Positions 19,581-29,315 of a stretch of DNA of 64,000 bases are shown here, in pieces; position 1 is the first letter of the stretch, and the number at the start of each line of letters is the position of its first letter. The stretch spans positions 4,387-68,386 of the forward strand of contig JBAZKN010000001.1 of the NCBI GenBank assembly GCA_041650755.1, written 5' to 3'. Source of the stretch: Patescibacteria group bacterium. Its GTDB lineage: Bacteria > Patescibacteriota > Patescibacteriia > UBA1558 > GWA2-36-10. A model generated the notes under the pieces. The model was given only the letters and a program-made list of their open reading frames with translations, had not been told where the DNA came from and did no database searches. Position numbers and translations under genes: made by a program.

Positions 19581-20870
19581 ATGCAAGCAATATTACTTAA
19601 AGATTTAGCTAAATTTGTCGGCCAAGAAGTAGAAATCAAAGCTTGGGTTTATAATTTTCGCTCCTCGGGCAAGATTATGTTCTGGCAATTAAGAGATGGT
19701 TCTGATTTTTCCCAGGCCATAGTCAATGCCGATGATTTGCCGAAAAAAAAGTGGGAGCTGGCTCAGAAAGTCTCTTTAGAGTCTTCAGTGAAAATAATCG
19801 GCACGGTCAACAAGCATCCCAAAAAAGAGGAGTATGAAATTTTGGTCAAAGATTTTGATTTTTTCCAGATAGCCGAAGAGTACCCTATAGCCAAAAAAGA
19901 TCATGGCATAGATTTCCTTATGGACCATAGGCATTTGTGGTTGCGATCCAGGCGTCAGTGGGCCATCCAAAGAGTCAGAGACACACTTGTCCAGGCAACT
20001 TATGAATACATGAGCGAAAATAATTTTATTAAAATTGATTCGCCGATTTTGACGCCCAGCGCTTGCGAGGGTACGACCGATTTGTTTGCCGTGAAGTATT
20101 TTGATGAAACAGCTTATCTTTCGCAGAGTGGCCAGCTTTATCTGGAGGCAGCTATTTTTGCTCACGGTCGTGTTTATGATTTTGGCCCTACCTTTAGAGC
20201 GGAAAAGTCAAAGACCAGAAGGCATCTGACAGAATTTTGGATGATGGATGCGGAAATGGCCTTTTGTGATTTAACACAAAACATGGATGTTCAGGAAAGC
20301 TTGATTCGCTTTATGGTAAAAAGGGTTTTGGAGAAAAATAAAGCGGAGTTGGAAATTTTAGAACGCGACACAAAAGTTTTGCAAAACATTGATAAGCCAT
20401 TTTATCGGCTTAGCTATTCGGAAGTTATTAAAAAATTGCAAAAACTGGGTTCGGATATCAAAGATGGCGATGATTTTGGCGCTGATGACGAGACAATGCT
20501 CACCAAAGAATACGATAATCCGATTTTTGTCACCAACTATCCAGCCAAAATCAAGGCTTTTTACATGAAGCATGATGTCAAGGATAAAGATAAAGCATCT
20601 TGCAGTGATTTATTGGCACCAGAAGGCTATGGCGAGATTATCGGCGGTTCACAGCGCGAAGATGATTATGACGCTTTATTGAAGCGCATCAAAGAGTATA
20701 AATTGCCGGTCAAAGAATTTGAGTGGTATTTGGATTTGAGAAAATATGGTAGCGTGCCGCATGGCGGTTTTGGCTTTGGCTTGGAGCGCATTGTGGCTTG
20801 GGTTTGCGGCTTGGAGCACGTCAGAGAGACTATACCTTTTCCTAGGACGATTTATCGTTTGAGACCGTAG
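19581..20870 (+). CDS. asnS: Asparagine--tRNA ligase
   Basis: YLSQSGQLYLE, FRAEKSKTRRHLTEF and GEIIGGSQRE motifs. Confidence 0.95.
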   Translation: MQAILLKDLAKFVGQEVEIKAWVYNFRSSGKIMFWQLRDGSDFSQAIVNADDLPKKKWELAQKVSLESSVKIIGTVNKHPKKEEYEILVKDFDFFQIAEEYPIAKKDHGIDFLMDHRHLWLRSRRQWAIQRVRDTLVQATYEYMSENNFIKIDSPILTPSACEGTTDLFAVKYFDETAYLSQSGQLYLEAAIFAHGRVYDFGPTFRAEKSKTRRHLTEFWMMDAEMAFCDLTQNMDVQESLIRFMVKRVLEKNKAELEILERDTKVLQNIDKPFYRLSYSEVIKKLQKLGSDIKDGDDFGADDETMLTKEYDNPIFVTNYPAKIKAFYMKHDVKDKDKASCSDLLAPEGYGEIIGGSQREDDYDALLKRIKEYKLPVKEFEWYLDLRKYGSVPHGGFGFGLERIVAWVCGLEHVRETIPFPRTIYRLRP

Positions 20871-20871
20871 T

Positions 20872-21198
20872 ATGGGCAATCCATTTTTAGTACAAGCTTG
20901 TTTACGATTGGACGATGCGCAAATTCCCAAGCCATTGGAATTTAGCGAAGAGTATCATTTTAAAAAAATCGGTCACAGATTATATCAGATAAATGTCCCA
21001 ATGGATTTACGAACTCGTGATTGGAAATTTTTGGCCAGAATAGTGATAACAGAATATACGATTGGTAAAAATAGGACAGAGGGCACCTTTATTTTGGTAA
21101 AAGATTTCTCTGAAGCGGAAAAAGAAATAATCAGCAAAACATTTGTTGATGATAAGGAAGTCGAAAATATAGTAGCAAATTTGGAGAAAAATAAGTAA
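20872..21198 (+). CDS. DUF2584-like hypothetical protein
   Basis: MGNP start; KxGHRLY...TxG pattern; coupled to asnS. Confidence 0.6.
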   Translation: MGNPFLVQACLRLDDAQIPKPLEFSEEYHFKKIGHRLYQINVPMDLRTRDWKFLARIVITEYTIGKNRTEGTFILVKDFSEAEKEIISKTFVDDKEVENIVANLEKNK

Positions 21199-21273
21199 TA
21201 TATCATAATTTGCCATTCTAGCCTCCTCCTACGTTCCTGTAGAGCTTCGGCGGACAGGCAACTGGCAGAATAT

Positions 21274-21349
21274 GCCGAGATAGCTCAGTTGGTAGAGCAG
21301 CGGTATCGTAAACCGCGGGTCGCAGGTTCGACTCCTGTTCTCGGCTCCA
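21274..21349 (+). tRNA. tRNA-Thr(CGT)
   Basis: Cloverleaf; anticodon arm gcggt-atCGTaa-accgc; TTCGA loop; encoded CCA. Confidence 0.95.
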
Positions 21350-21393
21350 CTCGACTCGTCGTCGTTTTACTCCTCCTCGTGAGACGAGACGAG

Positions 21394-21444
21394 TGTCCCG
21401 AACAGAGTCCTCGAGCGAAGTCGAGAGGGCGTAGTCGAGGGACA
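21394..21444 (+). repeat. tRNA-trailing REP-like repeat, copy 1
   Basis: 51 bp identical to 29129-29179. Confidence 0.85.
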
Positions 21445-21543
21445 TTATCATAAAATTTTATTTACCCCGTTAGAAATTTACATTTTATTTCTAAAAGGGG
21501 TATAATGTTTATAGATAAGCTTAATTTTTTAATTTCTAACAGG

Positions 21544-22965
21544 GTGATAAGAACAAAAACAATTGATACCGTAGGCCAAGTCGGGCAGATGGTAAACGTC
21601 AAGGGCTGGGTCAATACGCGGCGCAATATGGGCAAAATCGTTTTTCTTGATGTCCGTGATCGCTGGGGTTTGCTGCAAGTTGTCTGTGTGCCCTTTGATT
21701 TGTCTGCTGATTCTCAAGAAATAGTCAAAGAAATTAGACCAGAGTACATAATCAGCATCGAGGGTGTGGTGCAAAAGCGAGGAGATAAGCAGATCAATAA
21801 AGATTTGGCTACCGGCGAGGTAGAGCTTTTGGCCAAAAAGATACAGATTTTATCTGCTGCCGAAACACCGCCTTTTGAGATTGATGATGAAGATCACCAA
21901 GCTAATGAAGAATTACGTTTGAAATATCGTTATCTAGATTTACGTCACCAACGTATGAAGCATAATTTGGAGATACGCGATAAAGTGCTTAGTTTTTTTA
22001 GAGATTATCTACATGGTGAAGATTTTATAGAAATCCAAACACCGATCTTGTCAAAATCTACGCCTGAAGGTGCTAGAGACTACCTGGTGCCATCCCGCCT
22101 GCATCCGGGTAAATTTTTTGCCTTGCCGCAGGCGCCCCAGCAATATAAGCAGCTGTTGATGGTAGCTGGCTTTGACAGATATTTTCAGGTTGCTCCTTGT
22201 TTCAGAGATGAAGACGCCAGATCAGACAGAAGTCCGGGAGAATTTTATCAGCTAGACATGGAAATGTCCTTTGTCAAACAAGAGGAGATTTTGGATTTGG
22301 TAGAGGGCATGTTTAGCAAAATGGTCAAAAAGCTTTTTCCAGAGAAAAAAATCAGCCATGAACCCTGGCCACGCTTGAATTATGAAGAAGTAATGAAAAA
22401 ATACGGCAGCGATAAACCGGATTTAAGGAAGGATAAACATGATCCAAATGAGCTGGCTTTTGTCTGGGTAGTTAATTTCCCACTATTTACTCCTCAGACA
22501 GAGGAAGACAAATTTGTCGGCGCTGGCGACACTTGGGGGCCGACGCATAATATGTTTACCGCTCCCAAAGAAGAGGACTTGCACTTTTTAGATAAAGATC
22601 CCGGGAAAGCAAGATCATACCAGCACGACTTGGTATTAAATGGCTTTGAAGTTGGCGGGGGTGCCATTCGTATTCATGACATGAAAGTCCAAGAAAAGAT
22701 CTGGGATTTAATTGGTTTTACCAAAAAACAAAAAGAAGAGTTTAAACATTATTTTGAAGCTTTCAAATATGGCGTGCCTCCGCATGGCGGCATTGCCCCG
22801 GGTATAGATAGATTATTGATGGTATTATTGGCGGAAAAGAACCTAAAAGAAGTGACAGCTTTTCCGCTCACGTCCGATGGGCGTGATCCAATGATGGATT
22901 CTCCTTCAGAAGTCAGTAAAGAACAGCTAGACGAATTAGATCTGCAGATTAAGAAAAGACATTGA
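21544..22965 (+). CDS. aspS: Aspartate--tRNA ligase (compact form lacking most of the GAD insertion)
   Basis: LRLKYRYLDLR, STPEGARDY, CFRDED and PPHGGIAPGIDR motifs. GTG at 21544 is the probable start (track gives 21505). Confidence 0.93.
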   Translation: MIRTKTIDTVGQVGQMVNVKGWVNTRRNMGKIVFLDVRDRWGLLQVVCVPFDLSADSQEIVKEIRPEYIISIEGVVQKRGDKQINKDLATGEVELLAKKIQILSAAETPPFEIDDEDHQANEELRLKYRYLDLRHQRMKHNLEIRDKVLSFFRDYLHGEDFIEIQTPILSKSTPEGARDYLVPSRLHPGKFFALPQAPQQYKQLLMVAGFDRYFQVAPCFRDEDARSDRSPGEFYQLDMEMSFVKQEEILDLVEGMFSKMVKKLFPEKKISHEPWPRLNYEEVMKKYGSDKPDLRKDKHDPNELAFVWVVNFPLFTPQTEEDKFVGAGDTWGPTHNMFTAPKEEDLHFLDKDPGKARSYQHDLVLNGFEVGGGAIRIHDMKVQEKIWDLIGFTKKQKEEFKHYFEAFKYGVPPHGGIAPGIDRLLMVLLAEKNLKEVTAFPLTSDGRDPMMDSPSEVSKEQLDELDLQIKKRH

Positions 22966-22996
22966 CAAAATTTTATTTTTACTATATAGTGGATAG

Positions 22997-23127
22997 TCAA
23001 CCTGTTCCCCTCGTATACAGTGCTATGCAATAGCGCTGGCCGTCAGGGAGGGGTGTACTCCCTCCAAACCCCCAAACCTCTTCCTGCGGCTGAGGTCCCG
23101 GGTGCCTTTTGGCCCGGGACTTTTTTT
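22997..23127 (+). ncRNA. Candidate structured sRNA A (~130 nt)
   Basis: TTGACA(22962)-N17-TATAGT promoter; internal hairpins; gtcccggg...cccgggac-T7 terminator. Confidence 0.55.
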
Positions 23128-23169
23128 GTTTACCTTGACATATTATAAGTTTTAGTTTATAATATAGAA

Positions 23170-23355
23170 AATTATGTTTCTTGGACTCGCCCACCTGGTA
23201 GCACCCTGCCAGGTGGCAAGGACCGGCTGCCAGTAGAACGCGCCCTTAGGCGTTCTCAAGCCGGTCTAATGCCGGAAAGGGGCTTTTTGCTCTCAAGCCT
23301 CCCCCCTTTTCGGCGTCCGGGGACCCGTTGCCTGTGCGGCGGGTCCTCATTTTTT
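23170..23355 (+). ncRNA. Candidate structured sRNA B (~185 nt, four hairpins)
   Basis: Perfect TTGACA(23135)-N17-TATAAT promoter; four tandem GC stems; T-tract at the end. Confidence 0.55.
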
Positions 23356-23427
23356 GTTTTAAAAAATTTGGAAAAATTGCAGTCAAATGATATAATATGG
23401 GGGCTATTTTTATATTTAGAGTTAGTA

Positions 23428-24135
23428 ATGCGGCAAATTACTTTAGAAAAATTTGAAGGCCCCCTGGATCTGTTATTGCAGCTGATTGAAAAAAATAAGC
23501 TCAATATTACAGAAATTTCCTTGACCAAAGTCACAGACCAGTATTTGGTCTATATCGAGGAAAACAAAAATATTGCCTCTGAAGAAGTGGCTGATTTTTT
23601 GGTGATTGCCGCCAAATTGATTTATCTAAAATCCAGATATTTGTTGCCCGACCTGTCTGTCAGCGAAGAGGACGATGGCTTGTCTTTGGCCAGACAGCTC
23701 AAGATTTATCGTCAGTATTACTTAGCCAGTAAAGACATAAATAAATTGTGGCTTGATAGAAAATTAAAATCTTATAGCCGCAGTGGCGATTATAGAAATT
23801 TTATTGAGGTTGGCTTTGTGCCACCGCAAAAGATAAAACCCCAGGACTTGCGTGACTGGTGGCTAGAAATTTTACAGCGTCTCGATCAGATTGTAAATTT
23901 GCCCAAAGTAGTCATGGCCAAGGCTGTTTCTATTGCCGAAAAAATCAGACACATTAAAGATTTGATAGCCAATGCTGCTGAACTAAAGTTTAGTCAGTTG
24001 ATTGACGCTAAAAACAGCAAAACAGATGTGGTTGTCAGTTTTTTGGCAATTTTGGAGCTGGTCAAGCAAAGAGATATTGTCGTCCAGCAGGACAATATAT
24101 TTTCAGATTTTAATATTTATAAAAATAATCACTAA
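23428..24135 (+). CDS. scpA: Segregation and condensation protein A
   Basis: FEGPLDLLLQLI and FLAILEL motifs; ATG at 23428. Confidence 0.92.
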   Translation: MRQITLEKFEGPLDLLLQLIEKNKLNITEISLTKVTDQYLVYIEENKNIASEEVADFLVIAAKLIYLKSRYLLPDLSVSEEDDGLSLARQLKIYRQYYLASKDINKLWLDRKLKSYSRSGDYRNFIEVGFVPPQKIKPQDLRDWWLEILQRLDQIVNLPKVVMAKAVSIAEKIRHIKDLIANAAELKFSQLIDAKNSKTDVVVSFLAILELVKQRDIVVQQDNIFSDFNIYKNNH

Positions 24136-24140
24136 GTGTT

Positions 24141-24707
24141 ATGGCAAAAAATATTTCCTGTTTAGAAAGTTTATTGTTGGTGACAGCTAAGCCATTGAGC
24201 TTTAGAGAACTGGCTAATTTTTTGAAAGTTTCCGAAAATGAAATCAAAGACCTAGTTATCAGTTTGGAAAATAAATACAATCAAGCAGACAGCGGCATTC
24301 ATTTGGCAGTCAACAACAAAAAAGTCCAGTTTATCACTAATCCAAGTAATGCCCAGATTTTGCGTGATTATTTTAAAGATGAGCTTAGCGGTGAATTGAC
24401 CAATGCCTCTTTGGAAACCTTGACTATTATTGCTTATCGTCAGCCAATAGCCAAAGAAGAATTGGAGCAAATCAGAGGCGTAAATTGTAGTTTAATTTTG
24501 CGTAATTTACTGATTCGCGGCCTTGTAGAGGTACAAGAAGAAAAGGCGGATTTGAGCCCCAAATATGCAGTAACCATGGATTTTATCAAGCACTTGGGCA
24601 TAAATTCTGTGACCGAACTACCGGATTATGAAAAGCTCAATAGTGATGCTAATTTAGAAAAATTATTGGCCGTGACTGAAGATTTGGCCGAAGCCAAAAA
24701 AGATTAG
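24141..24707 (+). CDS. scpB: Segregation and condensation protein B
   Basis: SLETLTIIAYRQP and EQIRGV motifs. Confidence 0.93.
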   Translation: MAKNISCLESLLLVTAKPLSFRELANFLKVSENEIKDLVISLENKYNQADSGIHLAVNNKKVQFITNPSNAQILRDYFKDELSGELTNASLETLTIIAYRQPIAKEELEQIRGVNCSLILRNLLIRGLVEVQEEKADLSPKYAVTMDFIKHLGINSVTELPDYEKLNSDANLEKLLAVTEDLAEAKKD

Positions 24708-24710
24708 TTT

Positions 24711-25406
24711 ATGTCCCAAGAAGACGGTTTAATTAGATTATCTAGATTTTTGTCCGATAGCGGCTCGGCTTCGCGTCGGCAAGCAGACAAGCTGATTAAG
24801 GCTGGTCAGGTGACAGTCAACGGTGTCAAAGTAATGTCACTGGGGACAAAGATCAACCCTCGTTTGGTCAAAGTTTCTTGTCGGGGCAAACTGGTTAGAT
24901 CAGCCACTAAAGTTTATTATTTACTCAATAAGCCAGTTGGCTATATTTGTTCGGTGCGTGATCCGCACAACCCAAAGACAGTCTTGACTTTAGTGCCGCC
25001 ACAACCAAAGGTTTGGCCAGTCGGTCGTCTAGATATGGACTCATCCGGGCTTTTATTGCTGACCAATGATGGCGATTTGACATTCCAATTGACTCATCCA
25101 AAATTTTCTGTGGTCAAGACGTACTTAGTCAAAGTAGATAAGCAAGTAAGATCAACTGATTTGATAAAATTAAAACAGGGCATTAGATTAACTGAGGGGC
25201 TAGCTAAAGCTGATCAAGTAAGTATCCAGGGCCAAAAAGCATTATCATTAAGCATTCATCAGGGCTGGAAAAGACAAATCCGGCGGATGTTAGCAGGTCT
25301 GGGCTATAATGTCGTATCCCTGACCAGAGTGCAAGAGGGCAATTTGTCTTTGGGGAATTTAGCAGTCGGTAAATATAAAATTTTACAAAGAAAAGATATT
25401 AAATAA
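24711..25406 (+). CDS. rluB: rRNA pseudouridine synthase (RluB/RsuA family)
   Basis: S4 domain with SRRQAD; NKPVG and GRLD motifs. Confidence 0.85.
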   Translation: MSQEDGLIRLSRFLSDSGSASRRQADKLIKAGQVTVNGVKVMSLGTKINPRLVKVSCRGKLVRSATKVYYLLNKPVGYICSVRDPHNPKTVLTLVPPQPKVWPVGRLDMDSSGLLLLTNDGDLTFQLTHPKFSVVKTYLVKVDKQVRSTDLIKLKQGIRLTEGLAKADQVSIQGQKALSLSIHQGWKRQIRRMLAGLGYNVVSLTRVQEGNLSLGNLAVGKYKILQRKDIK

Positions 25407-25415
25407 ATTTTACAG

Positions 25416-26339
25416 ATGAATATTTGGGCGTTGCTTGCTAGTTTAATAATATCTTGGGATTTGACAGCCAAGGTGATTTATCATTTACCGACAGTTATTT
25501 TGGAAAATCATAATGAAAGGCCAACAGCAACTTTGGTTGATCAGGCGTTAGATGATAATAAGATTGTGCCCCACAAAAAAGATAATAATTCCTGGGGAGT
25601 AAAAATCAGCGCTCAAGCCTCAGCGGTAATGGATGAAGGTTCGGGAGTGATTTTGTGGCAAAAAAATGCTGATGAAATAAGGTCGCTGGCCAGTATTACT
25701 AAATTAATGACGGCATTAGTTTTTTTGGAGAAAAATCCTGGTTGGGATAAGCTGATTACTATGCAGGCTGTGGATGAAACCGGAGAGAATAGCCCAAATA
25801 TTTTGCGAAGCGAGACAGTCACAGTCAAAGATTTATTTTATGTTAGCCTGATTGCTTCGGATAATAATACTACCAAGGCCTTGGTGCGCAGCACCGGTTT
25901 GTCAGATAATGATTTTGTGAAGCTGATGAATCAAAAAGCTAAGGACTTGGGGTTGAGCCAGACTACTTTTGTTGATGTCACGGGCCTGGATGACAATGAT
26001 CATTCAACTGCTTTGGATATTATCCATTTAGCTAAAGTTGCCTTTGATCAGGCCGACATTGTTCAGGCTACCAGTCAAGCCAGCTATAATTTAACTACGC
26101 AAGCCGGTCGAAGTAAAAAAATTAATTCAACCAATAATTTATTACGCAGTTATTTGACCATTAAGGCTGGTAAAACCGGATCAACTAATGCGGCTGGCTA
26201 TTGTTTGGTGGCCAGGATAGAAAACAAAACCGGTCAAAATATTATCGGCGTAGTTTTGGGTTCAGCCAACCACGAACAGCGTTTTCAAGATTTAAAAATA
26301 CTGCTGGCCTGGATTTTGGATAATTTTTCTTGGTCTTAG
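25416..26339 (+). CDS. D-alanyl-D-alanine carboxypeptidase/endopeptidase (peptidase S11)
   Basis: SITK, SDN and KTG catalytic motifs. Confidence 0.9.
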   Translation: MNIWALLASLIISWDLTAKVIYHLPTVILENHNERPTATLVDQALDDNKIVPHKKDNNSWGVKISAQASAVMDEGSGVILWQKNADEIRSLASITKLMTALVFLEKNPGWDKLITMQAVDETGENSPNILRSETVTVKDLFYVSLIASDNNTTKALVRSTGLSDNDFVKLMNQKAKDLGLSQTTFVDVTGLDDNDHSTALDIIHLAKVAFDQADIVQATSQASYNLTTQAGRSKKINSTNNLLRSYLTIKAGKTGSTNAAGYCLVARIENKTGQNIIGVVLGSANHEQRFQDLKILLAWILDNFSWS

Positions 26340-26401
26340 TGGTTAACTGTTCAATATCCATCAAAAGGTGGTATCATATATGTAAGTATGAATTTATTTT
26401 T

Positions 26402-27163
26402 ATGCCAGAATACAAAATAATAGTAGCCAACTGGAAAATGCAGCTGACTGTGTCTGAGGCCAAACAGCAGGCGCTTAATTTAAAAAAATTATTAGGCAAA
26501 AGTAAAATTGATAAAAATATCGAGATTGTTATTTGTCCAGATTTTTTGAGTCTGGTCGAGGTAGCTGATATTTTTAAAGGCAGCCGGGTAAAAATTGGCG
26601 CTCAAGATGGCTTTTATGAAGAGGCCGGGGCTTACACTGGCCAGATATCTTTATCTGATCTTAAAGCTAGTGGTTGCCAGTATGTGATCTTGGGGCATTC
26701 AGAAAAGCGGAATTTAGGCGAGACTGACATTGTGATAAACAAAAAAGTAAGGGCTGCTTTGGCCCACGGTTTGACACCAATTATTTGTGTGGGCGAGACT
26801 TTTGAAGAAAGAAAGGAGGGCCAAAAAGACCTGGTAGTCATGCACCAAGTTTATCAGGCCTTGCACGAAGTCAGGCTCAAGCCAAAACAGAAGATAGTGA
26901 TAGCCTATGAGCCAGTTTGGGTGATAGGCAGTGGCCAAGCTATAGGTAGCGCTGACGCTTATGACGCCGCCTTGGTTATTGGGCAGAGTACTTTGGATGT
27001 TTTTGAGAAAGAAAGCCATGGATCAGTCTCGATAATTTATGGTGGCAGCGTTAATCCGGAAAACATCAAAGATTTTACTGGTTTGCCTAACATTTCCGGA
27101 GCCTTGGTGGGTGGCGCCAGCCTGGACGCCAAAACTTTTGTTTCTATTATAAAAAATATTTAA
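26402..27163 (+). CDS. tpiA: Triosephosphate isomerase
   Basis: ANWKM, GHSE, AYEPVW, YGGSV and LVGGASL motifs; ATG at 26402. Confidence 0.95.
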   Translation: MPEYKIIVANWKMQLTVSEAKQQALNLKKLLGKSKIDKNIEIVICPDFLSLVEVADIFKGSRVKIGAQDGFYEEAGAYTGQISLSDLKASGCQYVILGHSEKRNLGETDIVINKKVRAALAHGLTPIICVGETFEERKEGQKDLVVMHQVYQALHEVRLKPKQKIVIAYEPVWVIGSGQAIGSADAYDAALVIGQSTLDVFEKESHGSVSIIYGGSVNPENIKDFTGLPNISGALVGGASLDAKTFVSIIKNI

Positions 27164-27180
27164 GCTGGTTAAATAAATCT

Positions 27181-28050
27181 ATGCTAGTATCAATGCAAAA
27201 AATTATTAGCCGAGCAGAACGAGGCAGATATGCCGTTGGTGCGTTTAATACCTCCAATTTGGAAATTACTTTAGCGATAGTGCGGGCGGCTGTTAGGTTG
27301 AAATCTCCCGTTATTATTCAAACTTCCGAATCAGCCATAAAATACTCAAACCTAGAGACCATCTATAATCTTATTAAAACTTTAGCCAATACTGCAGGTT
27401 GTCAGGTGCCGATAGCTATTCATTTGGATCATGGCAAAGACCTCTCCATAATCAAAAATTGTCTAAGAATAGGCTATAATTCAGTGCATATTGATGCCTC
27501 TGAATATGATTTTGCCAAAAATATTCGTTTGACCAAGCAGGTAGTTGCTTTGGCTAAAAAGAAACACACTTGGGTGCAGGCAGAATTAGGGGCGATTTTT
27601 GGTGCCGAAGGTTTGGTCAAACTGCAAAAAGGCACAATAAAAATGGCAGATTATATGACTGACCCCGGGCAAGCCAAAAAATTTGTTAAAACAACGGGAG
27701 TGGATACCCTGGCAGTATCAGTTGGTACTATTCATGGGCGTTTTGTCGGCATAGAAAAAGTTGATCAAAAGCGTTTACGAGCCATTAGACAAGAGACCAA
27801 AATTCCGCTAGTATTGCATGGCGGTTCAGGATTGTCTCCTCGAGAATTTCAACAGGCCATCAAAAATGGCGTTCGCATTATAAATATTGATACTAATTTG
27901 CGGTTAAAATTCAAACAGGGGGTAGCCGGGGGCTTAAGGCAGCCAGCTAAAATTATTGATCCGCGAGCGATTTTGCATCCAGCTATTGATCTGATGCAGC
28001 GGGAAGTGGAGCGACTAATCAAGGTTTTTGGCAGTGCTAATAAGGCTTAA
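27181..28050 (+). CDS. fba: Class II fructose-bisphosphate aldolase
   Basis: HLDHG, GTIHG, VLHGGSG and NIDT motifs. Confidence 0.92.
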   Translation: MLVSMQKIISRAERGRYAVGAFNTSNLEITLAIVRAAVRLKSPVIIQTSESAIKYSNLETIYNLIKTLANTAGCQVPIAIHLDHGKDLSIIKNCLRIGYNSVHIDASEYDFAKNIRLTKQVVALAKKKHTWVQAELGAIFGAEGLVKLQKGTIKMADYMTDPGQAKKFVKTTGVDTLAVSVGTIHGRFVGIEKVDQKRLRAIRQETKIPLVLHGGSGLSPREFQQAIKNGVRIINIDTNLRLKFKQGVAGGLRQPAKIIDPRAILHPAIDLMQREVERLIKVFGSANKA

Positions 28051-28053
28051 GCT

Positions 28054-28941
28054 ATGCTTGATATAATTTTAATTATCATCGCCGTTGTCGCTGGATTTTT
28101 TATAATCCGCTTGCTAGTGAGAAAATTTCCTTATCTAGCTAATATTAATGTTAATAATTTACCAGAGGTGAAGGCCAATCGGCAAAAGCAGCTGATTTTA
28201 CAAAATCGTTTGTATCGTTTGGCCAATGAATTTTGGGTAAAAATAAAAGAGCTGGTAGAGCCGTGGCAGGACCAAGTAAATAGCCGTTTTAAAAATTATT
28301 ACCAAAGGCTCAAGGTTATAGAAAAAGATTTACAACGTCGCGGACAAGAACGCTTGAGCTCGGCCATCAGTAAATCACAAACATTGGACGAAATGTTGAC
28401 GCAAGCTAGGCAGCAGATCAATGACGAGGATTATCAGGCAGCCGAAAATTTATTGATAGATGTTTTGAGTTTGGATAATCACAATGTTGAGGCTTATAAG
28501 CTTTTGGCTGAGGTTTATCGCGCTCGCAAGGAGTATGAACAAGCTCGCGAGACATTGGAGTATTTATTGAAATTGACGCACGAATCCGACCCAGCAGTTT
28601 ACTTTTCTTTGGCTGATATTGCCAAGCAGCGGGGCAATTTAAAACAAGCAGAGGAGGATTATTTGAAATCAATTTCTTTGTCGGATGATAATTATTTATA
28701 TTTTCTTTCATTAGCCGAGGTTTATCTGGATTTAGATCAATCAGAAAAAGCCTTATCAACGGCTCAGCGAGCCTTAATTTTGTCTCCCAATAACCCCAAA
28801 ATTCTTGACTTTTTGATAAATCTTAGTATAATTATCCAAGACCAAGAATTGGCCAAGCAATATTTAAATAAATTACGCGAGGTAAATCCAGAAAATAATA
28901 AGTTGATAGAGTTTGGTGAACAGATTGATGCTTTGAAATAG
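28054..28941 (+). CDS. Membrane-anchored TPR protein
   Basis: N-terminal TM helix followed by TPR-like helical repeats. Confidence 0.8.
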   Translation: MLDIILIIIAVVAGFFIIRLLVRKFPYLANINVNNLPEVKANRQKQLILQNRLYRLANEFWVKIKELVEPWQDQVNSRFKNYYQRLKVIEKDLQRRGQERLSSAISKSQTLDEMLTQARQQINDEDYQAAENLLIDVLSLDNHNVEAYKLLAEVYRARKEYEQARETLEYLLKLTHESDPAVYFSLADIAKQRGNLKQAEEDYLKSISLSDDNYLYFLSLAEVYLDLDQSEKALSTAQRALILSPNNPKILDFLINLSIIIQDQELAKQYLNKLREVNPENNKLIEFGEQIDALK

Positions 28942-28962
28942 GTGGCCAAATTTTTTATTTAA

Positions 28963-29048
28963 GGGTCGGTACCGAAGCGGTCAAACGGGGCAGACTGTAA
29001 ATCTGCTGGCATTAGCCTTCGGCGGTTCGAATCCGTCCCGGCCCACCA
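28963..29048 (+). tRNA. tRNA-Tyr(GTA)
   Basis: Anticodon arm gcaga-ctGTAaa-tctgc, long variable arm, encoded CCA. Confidence 0.95.
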
Positions 29049-29128
29049 CTCGACTCCCCTGCACCATATGGTGTAGGGTCGCTCATAGTCTTCGACCACT
29101 CTATTGTATATCAGTGTATGAAGTCGAA

Positions 29129-29179
29129 TGTCCCGAACAGAGTCCTCGAGCGAAGTCGAGAGGGCGTAGTCGAGGGACA
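29129..29179 (+). repeat. tRNA-trailing REP-like repeat, copy 2
   Basis: 51 bp identical to 21394-21444. Confidence 0.85.
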
Positions 29180-29204
29180 CGAGATATTTCATATTAATTT
29201 ATAT

Positions 29205-29280
29205 GCCGTCTTAGCTCAGTTGGTAGAGCAACGCCATGGTAAGGCGTAGGTCCGCGGTTCAAGCCCGCGAGACGGCTCCA
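29205..29280 (+). tRNA. tRNA-Thr(GGT); island integration site
   Basis: Anticodon arm acgcc-atGGTaa-ggcgt; encoded CCA; its 3' half is duplicated at 43514-43560. Confidence 0.95.
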
Positions 29281-29281
29281 T
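29235..29281 (+). repeat. att direct repeat (left)
   Basis: catggtaaggcgtaggtccgcggttcaagcccgcgagacggctccat. Confidence 0.92.
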
Positions 29282-29315
29282 AAATACTGCAACTAATGTT
29301 GGAGTATTTTTGTTT

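Noticed and set aside
23269-23427. N-terminal extension of ScpA given in the track
   Set aside because: It crosses hairpins and a terminator; ScpA homology begins at the ATG at 23428.
21350-29180. CRISPR array
   Set aside because: The repeats are dispersed single copies kilobases apart, with no regular spacers and no cas genes.
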